Assembly (NCBI RefSeq): GCF_009914755.1
Contig: NC_060942.1
DNA: 64,000 nt
Strand: one strand, 5' to 3'
Source of the DNA: the human T2T-CHM13v2.0 reference genome, Homo sapiens
A program made the translations under genes and the position numbers. Under the pieces are notes generated by a model. The model did no database searches and was not told the DNA's origin. It was given only the letters and a program-made list of their open reading frames with translations. Shown one piece after another: positions 53,318 through 64,000 of this stretch. The number at the start of each line of letters is the position of its first letter. The first letter of the stretch is position 1.

Positions 53318-53813
53318 GATAAACCCCCTGCCACCAGATCCCAACACAGCTCCCAGCCTTGGGGCCATGCAGCCCACACTAACCCACCAGGCCCAGACCC
53401 ACAGAAGCCAGCCGCTCACCTGCCATGTCCTCTATGGAGAGTGTGGTTTAGAATCTGTAGCCCAATCCTCACAGTATCAGGCAGGTGTGAACTCTGAGCA
53501 TAGCACCTGGCCTGAAACATATGCCCACTATGTGGCATTTATCATTTAACCTGTATCCCCGTTATAAGTAAAACAATTTCAAATTTGCCTTTGAGTAAGA
53601 AGGATTTAGAGAAAACGTCAACACCCTATGAGAAGGATGTGCCTTTGGTTTCACTGCAGTCTTTGCAAGAAGAGCTGATGATGTCACGGATAGCAGGGTG
53701 GAGGCGCCAGCTGTGTGGCCGGAGGAAGGTCAGTGTTTGGGTGCCGAGAAACAGCCAGCTTCTCTCCTCTCTCTTCGAGAATCCTAAATCACTCCTAAAA
53801 GCCGGACTTGAGG

Positions 53814-54283
<470 letters not shown>

Positions 54284-54599
54284 TCAATGGTACTCGGTGG
54301 CACTCTGTCAGGAATGTCCAGCTCTCTCCCTTGTGGGTCACCTAGGAGAGCATTTTCCAAAGTGAGTCCTGCTTTCATACCTGCTCCTCTAAAAAGAGTT
54401 TCCGGGTAGAAGTGTTCAAAAACAGCCACCTTGGAGATTCAGGGTAGACTTGAAGGATCTTAAAAGCTCTGAAATAAAGAAACTTGCTTTATTCTGTTCA
54501 ACAGAGCATGTTCCAAGCATCCCTAACTGCAGCGCTCTACTAAATCCTAACACCTATCAGCAGCCCACGAAACTCCCTTTTGGAAATACCTAAAGAAGC

Positions 54600-55015
54600 C
54601 GTGGGGAGAACTCAGTGGGCCCTTGGATGGGAAAAACATTATGTCTTTATTTTCACTCACCACTAACTAAACGTTAGCATCTCCCTCAATTATGAATGTG
54701 ACCAACCCACCAAAGTACTCAGGACTGCACCTTTGTTCCTGAGAGAACACAATTATATGTTCATTTTTCATCACAATTGTTGCAAATCTCTCATGCTTAT
54801 CACTATTTCTAAATTACTTTAGTCATCGATGCACCAGATGTCATTTATTAATAAAACACATGTCAGTGTATCACAAATTTATTTTTAGTACTTAGAGAAC
54901 TGCATTTTAATATAATTGGTTTCCATTATAAACAGTGTTTTGCACATTAAGAAACATTATTCCGAAAGAGATCTGTGGCCAAAGAGATTCATCACAGAAA
55001 AATCCAAGAATCTGT
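54600..55015. mobile_element. hAT-Charlie element (MER119-like)
   Basis: cttggatgggaaaaacattatgtctttattttcact...aattatgaatgt...aacattattccga matches the recalled MER119 consensus. Confidence 0.7.
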
Positions 55016-55215
55016 TTCCCTTGCCTGTGTATGAGGGCCATTTTTTTTAAAAGCCTAAGGCTGTATCAAAAGCTGCTCATGAAAACATGAGTCTAGGGTG
55101 AGGCATGTAAACTGGGGCATTAGAGTCTGTATAGAGCCGGGAGGGCTCTGTGGGAAGCGGGGTGGGGGATCATCAGGACAAACCTAAGGTGTCATACCTC
55201 TCCCTCTTCCCCCAG

Positions 55216-55301
55216 GCCATGAGGCCTCAGCAGATCTCAGGGTTCAGGGCTGGAGCACTGAAGGCTACTGCTGCCTGCATATGGCAGAAAATGCACAGAA
55301 G
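55216..55301 (+). other. Candidate exon (86 nt) with strong splice sites and an open ATG frame
   Basis: Acceptor cctctccctcttcccccag; donor AAG|GTAAGA; GCCATG opens MRPQQISGFRAGALKATAACIWQKMHR. Confidence 0.4.
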
Positions 55302-55829
55302 GTAAGAAGGGCAGGAGCCTTCCTTAGATTGCATTTTATATGAGTAGTTCTAGGTTAAAAAGGACAATGAAACTCTGAAGGATCATCTGGGAGCAAATGT
55401 TGGAAATGCATGATCACAGCAGTCACACCCAGGAACATGTGAGATGGCAAGACCACTGGCTGGCAGGGAGCGGTCCCTTCTGCAGCTTGAGGGGCAAACG
55501 CAAATGCCTGGTGTGAATGGAATTAGTTTCAAGTTCCCCTGCAGCACTGGCACGCAAAGGCTCACATGGACTTTATTACTGAAGTGATGATATTGTCATT
55601 CATGAGACTGGAAAACAGGGAGGAAAGTCACCCAAATGTCATGTTACCACACAAGAACAAATAATTGTTGAGAGGTCAGTACACACAAATCTTACGTACA
55701 ATGGAGAAAACAGTCTGGGATATGGAATAAATACTGTTACTGCATTGACTACATCTACCAGGAGAGGGAAAGGAAACTCATGGAACTAGAGAATTCCAAA
55801 CTAATGGCATTCCTTTTGAAAATGGATAA

Positions 55830-55960
55830 TTAAAAAATCACCAATGTCTGGGACCCCAACACACAGCAGTTGAACTAGCATGTCTGGGGCCAGGATTCTG
55901 GCTCTTTCCAAATTCCCCAGGTGGTCAGAGAGTGCAGCCAGGGTTGAAAATCACACCTGG
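55830..55960. mobile_element. MER5-type DNA transposon fragment
   Basis: ttccccaggtggtcagagagtgcagccagggttgaaaatcac. Confidence 0.7.
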
Positions 55961-56289
55961 GACTTACTGGAGCTCACTCCTCCAGCTGGCTGGGTGTTCT
56001 CAGTACAGATGATTCACAAAGGCCAGGATACCAAACAAGTTAACCAGCCATGAGTTTACGTGTTAGCACTTAACCCAGGAACCCATAGCAGCTGTGATGG
56101 CTTTACTAGTAGGAGTATCTAAACCACGTTCTCCTATCTTAACCTACTTGCACACACTTGACGACAAGTGATGAAATACTGACTGTGCTATACCCCAACC
56201 CACTATGAAGGATTAGCAGCATTTCCATCCTGAGTGACACAAACAAAAACACTCCTCCTCTAAGAGGGCTGCGAGATGGGAAGGTGGGA

Positions 56290-56470
56290 CAAGCATGGGC
56301 TTTGGAATCCAAAGAACCAGGATCCAAAGTCTGGATTTTCCATTTATTAACTCCGTAATTTTGGATCAATGACTTAACTTCTTAGAGCCTGTTTTTTTCT
56401 TTGCATTTATAAAATAGTGCTGATGAAAACTACACTATTGGATTAAGAGGATTAAATGAAAGAATGTGCA
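56290..56470 (+). mobile_element. MIR
   Basis: gggctttggaatcc...tgacttaacttcttagagcctgttt...gaggattaaatga. Confidence 0.8.
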
Positions 56471-57447
56471 TCAGTTACTATATTACTTGTGTAAATATAA
56501 ATATACATTTGCATATAGCATATAGTACTTAATTAAATAAATTGTGGGGGTTTTTTAGTAAGATGCTCTTTCTCACCTATTTTTTCATTATAGTTGAAGC
56601 CACCTCTAATGTAGTTTGTATTTGCTGAAAATTGAGACTATCCCAACCTAAAATTTTAGTTACATGTATCAGGAACGAACTCCACTATTCTCCAGGAAAA
56701 AAACAAACAAAGATCCTGAGAAGGCGTGTGAGGCCCCTCAGCCAGCTACCTGTGCTTTATTCAGCATCCGTCATGGCACAGCCCTAAATAGATTTTCCAT
56801 CTTGATTTATTTATCATTTATTTTGCTAGGTCATTACAGATACCTAAAGTGTAATGTAACATGGTTTCACAGTATCATCACTCAAGTTAGAAGAAAAAAA
56901 TAAAAATAAAAGTGGCATTTGAAAAGCCACAATTTCATATTCTTTGTCTTTGGCATATTTTATTTTCCCCTAATTATATTCACTTACTGACTCAGAACAA
57001 AATAATTCCCTAAACAAACAGATCTTTCAGTGAACTATATCTGAATGTAATGAGAATAAAATAAAAAGTTCTCTTTCAATTTATTGTATTATTATCACAT
57101 GCTAATTGAGAAAGATAGATTTGCATAGTTTAGAAGGTTGTTTTAACAGTCTCCTAAATTCTGAATTAGCAAGTGATTCACTATTTTTAATGTAAAAGCT
57201 AAATAATATTAGTAGGAAGAAGAAAGCACTTCAAAATTCTGCATTTCATGTTTTCAACCAAATAAGGGAGATGATGAAAGAATAACATGAAGATTATGTG
57301 TTAGAAACAGGAGTAATTACAGTATTACAAAGACTGCCTGATGTCCATGAGCTCTTTGCTTATGAAAATTATGCTGATGACCTAAATCAGTGATGTATAC
57401 ATGGTAAATAATCAATGGTTGAAGTGCTTTACCTTCAAAAAGAATTT

Positions 57448-57994
57448 TGTTCCTGTTATCTATTGTTGTGTACAAACTATCCCAGAACTCAGGGACTTAA
57501 AACAACCTGTTTTACTATAGTTTTGTTGGCTGAGAATTCAGGAACTGCACATCCAGATTTCCAGGTGGTTCATCTCTGATCCACATGGCTTCTTATCTGG
57601 GGCACTGGAGATAGAGGCTCCATTCCCAAGATGGTGCCAAATTGCTCCTTGGTGTGTGTGTGTGTGTGTGTGTGTGTGTCTCATTCACACACACACACAC
57701 ATACAAACACACACACTCACACACACAGTCTTCCAGAGTCTCTCCACCTGCCTTAGACTCTCACGGCATGGCAGCCTCGGGTAAGCAGACTTCTTAAGCA
57801 GTGGCCAAGAGCTCCAGCTCTAAAGTGAAGTATTATTCACTTAAAGCCTGGGCTTAGGAACCAGCCTGGCATCCCTTTTGCAGTTTCCTTCTACTGAAAG
57901 TGATCACAGAGCCCATCCAGATTGGAGGAGACAAAGGTCCTCTTACGTCTCAAGGAGTGGAGAGTCAACTCGTGGCCATATTTAATTCACCACA
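57448..57994 (-). mobile_element. MLT1-type MaLR LTR containing a (GT)n/(CA)n inverted microsatellite
   Basis: tgttatctattgttgtgtacaaactatcccagaactcagggacttaaaacaac...gtggccatatttaattcaccaca. Confidence 0.85.
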
Positions 57995-58005
57995 AATTGT
58001 TACCA

Positions 58006-58479
<474 letters not shown>

Positions 58480-59574
58480 TTTTAAGGTCTTTCTTTATAG
58501 CATAAGAAATTCTTAATTCCCTGGAGCCACAGTTTGGGTTTCAGAACAAAGATGAAATCCATATGAAAGGGAGCATTATTCAATGATTTTAATTCAACAG
58601 GAAAGCTGGCTCCTTGGTGTATGCTGGGATGCAAATGGGAAACCAAAGGTCAGTAATAACCATGTGCCTGGCCTCGGGAAAGCATAATCCAATAGCGAGG
58701 TGCATGGGGAGAGTGGCAGTAAAGGTGTGTGAATCACTACCTCTAATCTAGAGAGCAGTAAAAGAAACACCTGATGCAATATCAGCTCCATGAATTCAGT
58801 ACATTTGGCTTATCTTCTACTCTATTTCCAACACCTAGATCAGTCTCAGGTATATTACAGTTGCTTCATAAATATCTGTTGAATGCATAACTGGAACTGA
58901 GGTACCATAGAGGGGTAATGTTTGAGAAATTCCCCTAAGGGGCTCCTTGTTGGAAAGGACGGAGGTCAAGGGTGCCTCATGTCATCCAACCCAGGAGGGC
59001 TTTGGAGCTGCCACTTGTCCTCCTAAGCAAAGAAACATTGAACTCTCTACCTTAGTGTCCCCCAAAGGCAAAACCAAAACAGCTCAAGGCATGGTGGGTG
59101 GGAGAGGTACAAACAGACTCTGGGCTCTCAGTGGGAAGCAGGGACCTATGGTCAGGGATCCTGCTCTGAAGATTTCCATAGCTTCTCCTCATCTCTCATT
59201 TGAACTCCGTAATTCCTTGGCTATTTCTCTACAGTGGTGAGTAGCAAGGAAGGAAAGATCCGAAAAACCTTCTGCTTGAATAGCCCAAACAATGAGGTAG
59301 AAACAAAGAGAAAGCAGGAAACAACTTTACAGTAATATCCAAACTGGGGACATTGACATTGGGAAAAAAGCAGTTTTGATTCAGACCTGGGGCTGAGACC
59401 CTGAGGCCTCAAACAAAGGGATAAAACAGTCCAGTATGAGCCATTCGTGCTCAAAGAAGGATCTGCCAAGTCAGCTGAAAGAATATGCACCTTTCTTCTA
59501 GTAGAGTCAGATATCATTAGCCTATTGCTGATTGGCTGCCTGATTCCATAAAGGAAGGAAGGGCAGCCTTTTTA

Positions 59575-60680
59575 ATCAATAGAAAAAGATAGATTTTTCA
59601 ATAAATCAGGAACCATTTGGGGGGAAATTTTGATTCTTCTTTATTCTGTTAGGTTGATTAAATTTCTGCCATAAAAATTAAAACCAGATACTTACTAGAA
59701 GAAAATATAGATGAATGCTCCCATAACCTTGTAGGAAGGTGCTTCTTAATTCTGACTCAAAAGGCAGAGCCCATTAAAGAAAAGACTACAAGCTTGAATA
59801 CCTAAAACATATACAAAATGTAAAAGCATAACCCCTATAACATAAAATTCACATAGTTAAAAATCAAAATCCTTCACCTTGTCAAAGATGTTGAGACTAC
59901 CTGGATTGGAAAGAAATCTACAAAAGATAAGCTATACAAAGGGTCAACATGCTTAATATAAATTTTTAAAACCCTTAGAAATAAATAAGATAGATGGCCA
60001 TCTTGATAAAAAAGTAGGTAAAGGACACAAATAGAGAAATTATAAAAGGATTTCCAATGAACATATGAAGAAATTCTCTTTACTAATGATAAAAAATATA
60101 AACCAAAATCAATAAAATACAATAATTTTCCATCAAATTGGCCAAAATGAAAACAAATATACAGAATAAAAATGGCTAGGAAATTTTTTGAGAGTAATTT
60201 AGCCAATATTTTAATAATATATAAATTTTTAGCCCTCAAATTTTACTTCTAGAAATTTATCCCAAGAAAACGACTGAATAACAGAAAACATGGGCAAAGA
60301 TGTTTATTGTGCTATTTACAATAAAAGAAATTATAAGGACCCTGAATGTCCAACAATTGGCAATGAGTTGAGTGAATTATTAACAAAAATATGTAATAAC
60401 ATTTTCATTTATAATGATAACATAAGTGTATACTCTATTGATACGGAAAGATGTTTATGACATATAAAGTGAGAAAAGCAGAATCTAGAAAAGTGTTTCA
60501 AATATGATCCAGTTTTGTTTCTGAATTGATAGTTTGAGAAGGAAGTATACATTCTGAAATGCACAGAAACTTAATAGTGGTTTTATCCAATTGGTGGGTG
60601 AGATGAGTGAATTTTTTTGACCTCTCCGAAATTTCTGCAATGAACATTGTATATGTAAGTTTTTTAATGTCTTAAAGAAA
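59575..60680 (+). mobile_element. Degraded L1ME-type 3' region
   Basis: A-rich; tactagaagaaaatatag, acttctagaaatttatcccaag, atataaagtgagaaaagcaga. Confidence 0.75.
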
Positions 60681-60891
60681 ATAAGGAAAAACTTTGGATT
60701 AAAATGTGAGGGTTCTGCAGATGCATTTTAAGATTTTAAGCACAGAGGGAAAGCAGACAGAAGATAAGATCACATGGCTATCCATGACTGATTTTCTACT
60801 ACCCCTTTAATAAGCCAAGATCAAGGCTCATTATAAGATATCTGCATCAAGTTGAGTTCCCCATCGCACGACGAATTTAGAACATTGTTTT

Positions 60892-60966
60892 AGAACTCCA
60901 GCCTGGCCTCCTCGCTGCATCCCATTCCTCCACACACAGAGGAGACATGGAATAGTGAGGCTGTCA
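60892..60966 (+). repeat. Second copy of 53243-53317
   Basis: 73/75 identical. Confidence 0.97.
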
Positions 60967-62656
60967 TTACAGATTAGTATTGACATTCATAATTTTTAAT
61001 ATTAATTGAGGTCAAACCACTTTTCTCAATATAAACATTTGTTTTTTGACAATCTAAGACATTAAGCGATCTTAATTTTTTAAATTGTGTACTTAAAGCA
61101 TTTTCACCCATTATCTCCAAGAACTTTCTAGAAAGATGGCATAGCAATTAAGAAAGTTTTGTGTTTTATCTTCAGAGGGTGTTTGGCTGATTTTTTTTCA
61201 ATTTGAAAAATTCTGCTGCAATTTATTTGTTATTGTTTAAGGCATCGTCTAGAAAATTCAATAGAGAGCATACTGACATCTTTTCCCTTACAAAGAGCTT
61301 AATAAAAACTAAGTAAAATTCACATTTTATTAGCAGTAATGTTTTAGTATCAGTAAATGATTGTCTTTCTAAGTCTGCAGATAATCCATCTGGGTATTTT
61401 TTGGTCTTTAATGAGACACAATATTTGAGAACTCATTCATCTTCTGCCTCAAAAAAACTCAACATTTTCATCCAATAATTGAAATGAATCATATATTATA
61501 TCATTCTTCACTCCTCTTTTTGGAGGTGAAGTTACCTAATTGATAGGTGCGAGAGATTGGAGAGAGTTAGTAAGAGCTCCTTCAAAGAATTCATGTATAG
61601 CCTTCTTGAGATTCTTACTTCCTTTCTAGCTTTGCATCTGTTCAGTTTGAAAAATGGGAAAAGCAATTTCCACCTATTCCCTGCCACATACGCATTAATT
61701 GGATAATCAGTCAACAGCAGGAATTAAGAATAGTAAACACTGTACAACCCTCTTTCCATACATATTAAATGAGCAAATTGAATTAAAAGAACAATTTTGT
61801 GGTTATAGAAGGCTTGAGCCTCTTAGGGAGACTTTTGTGTGGAAGTTAATGGGTATGAAGTCCCTCTTGAGTTTCTACCCCTTATCAAAGCTGTTGATGC
61901 TACCTGGATTGGTAAAATAAAGCTAGGTACCCTCCTAAAACAGAAGTTTTAACCTAAAACCATCCCTAATTGTAAGTTCTATCTTATTTTGAAAATGCTG
62001 TTTATCCATTGTGCATGATCTTGTGAGTGCCAGGGACACAAGCCACACCTCTAAAACCAGTGAACACTGCCACAATGGACCAACTGAAAGGAACTGAGGA
62101 AAGATGGACACTAAAAAAGCTAACTTCTTATAACCTGAAATTAAAATACCTATTAAACTCCCCCTAGCACTAGCTTGACTTAGTGCTTGCCCTCAAGGAG
62201 CTTGAAGGCAAACTTATGCAGCTGTAACAGACAGAACAGGAGGGGAGGGAAGGAGAGAGAGAAAGAGACAGAGAAAGAGAAAATTTGTTCTCAATAATTA
62301 TACCAGACTAAGGAACACTTCTCACCATTTTCTCTCCAGCTCTCCAGATCTACCAGAAAAGAAAAAAATCAGATTAAAGGTTGTAACTCCCAAAATTGAA
62401 GAACTGTATTCCTGTATATTTTACCTTTTCCTTCAAAGAACAAGTTTCTGCTAATATTCTTTGTCCAACCATGCAGAAGAGTAAGTAGATTTGAAACACA
62501 CACACACATACACAAACACACCACATTTTGTAGGCACTACATAGAGGTCAAAAGACACACATAAGCTATTTGGGTTCAAATTTATTTTTCCTTCATTTTC
62601 TGAAATATTTTATTAATGCCTATGATTTGCTAAATGCAAATTTATGAAAGGGAGAT

Positions 62657-63021
62657 TGATATGGTTTGGCTGTGTCCCCACTCAAATCTCATCTTGAATT
62701 GTAGCTCCCATAATCCCCACGTGTCATGGGAGGGACCCGGTGGGAGGTAATTGAATCATGGGGGTGGGTTTTTTCCATGCTGGTCTCATGACAGTGAATA
62801 AGTCTCATGAGATCTGATGGTTTCATGCATGGGAGTTCCCCTGCACATGCTCTCTTGCCTGCTGCCATGTAAGACGTGTCTTTGCTCCTCCTTCACCTTC
62901 AGCCATGATTGTGAGGCCTTCCCAGTCATGTGGAACTGTGAGTCCAGTAAACCTCTTTTTCTTTATAAATTACTCAGTCTCAGGTATGTCTTTATTAACA
63001 GCATGAGAATGGGCTAATACA
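62657..63021 (+). mobile_element. THE1-type solo LTR (THE1C/D-like, MaLR)
   Basis: tgatatggtttggctgtgtcccc...gagaatgggctaataca, 365 bp, full length. Confidence 0.96.
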
Positions 63022-64000
63022 GGGCCATTCATATGAGAGGAAATGTTTAGTTCAAAGAAATGCTGACTTCAGCCTATCATTTCTTACATTTGAATAACCA
63101 GGAAAAGGATCTAAACCGTTTGAATTTTAACACATTTTATGGCCTCTTTATATCCTTCCAAAGTGCATTCATACTTATATAATATAATGAACTACCCACC
63201 TGACTCGAATTCTTTCCTTGTCTAGTTAGAGGTGGCATTTGAGTTAGCTGACCAGCTATTGTAAATACAAATGAATTTTTCTAGGAAAAGACACAAACTC
63301 ACACTGGATAGTTTATTGTGGTGTTTATTGCACACCTGGGGACTGAGTTTTATTACCTGCCTACCTTGGTGAGAAACAGACTACAATGGCCAGGAATCAT
63401 TCTGTGTTCTGTGTGAAGGAGGTATTTAATTTGTATCTTGGTTGTACCTTGGTTGGGGAGGTCCAGTTATTTGCAAAATGAGTTCAATCCAAATAATGAG
63501 CTAAAGCATAGGCTGAAATGGAGCCATTTCTTCATCAAGCAGGACCAATTCCCCAAACCAAAACAGTTGAAAGCATTTTACCTTTCCCACATTACCTGGG
63601 AAACTGCTGTGAAGAAGAAAGCCTGGGAGCGTGGAACCCACGAATATTGCTGGTACTAAATCTAATGGCCAAATGGAAAAGCTAAGTTTGGTTCCAATAA
63701 TAGAAAGAATATTGAAGAATTTCTAAAAGGGATCACAGTAGCATTTCCTGAAAACACTAGAGCTGTGATTCTTATACTTTTGGGGATTATTTTAAGAATA
63801 TGTTGAAAGCTACAAGCTGTCTCTCTAGCAGTTCAAGGACACCCTGAAGGCTGCATGGACCCCAGGTTAAGCTCCTGCAGGAAAGGAAAACCGTCACTTC
63901 TGAGGTGTCTATGAATTCTCTGTCTTCCTTTTAACTACAGAAACTCTTAATAAAAGTAGCTCTCATTGCCCAGAAATATATATTTTTATATCTTCTGAAT

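Noticed and set aside
60869-60877. cgacgaatt shared with 1145-1153
   Set aside because: Only 9 bp with no flanking similarity; compatible with chance

Overview
Primate (human-like) genomic DNA, intronic or intergenic, AT-rich and CpG-depleted. It is dense in AluJ/S/Y, L1, L2, MIR, LTR (ERV1, ERVL, MaLR) and DNA-transposon relics. I can support no protein-coding exon, RNA gene or gene identity: the listed ORFs are repeat-derived or chance frames. Repeat subfamily names come from recalled consensus sequences and need RepeatMasker confirmation. The most notable structure is a ~400 bp patchwork at 43622-44026 that interrupts an L2. It consists of (TA)n tracts, a 210 bp copy of sequence 2.4 kb upstream, a ~70 bp copy of sequence 2.4 kb downstream, an inverted copy of its own right junction and a perfect 26 bp palindrome, and looks like a fixed fossil of multi-template-switch repair. 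Other items are a second distant near-identical 75 bp copy (53243/60892), a CpG-richer 3.9 kb block between two AluJ halves, several strong plus-strand candidate exons and AG|GT recursive-splice-like sites, a perfect MADE1-derived hairpin, and unusual retrotransposition footprints. None of this demonstrates a new biological system; these are leads to test.
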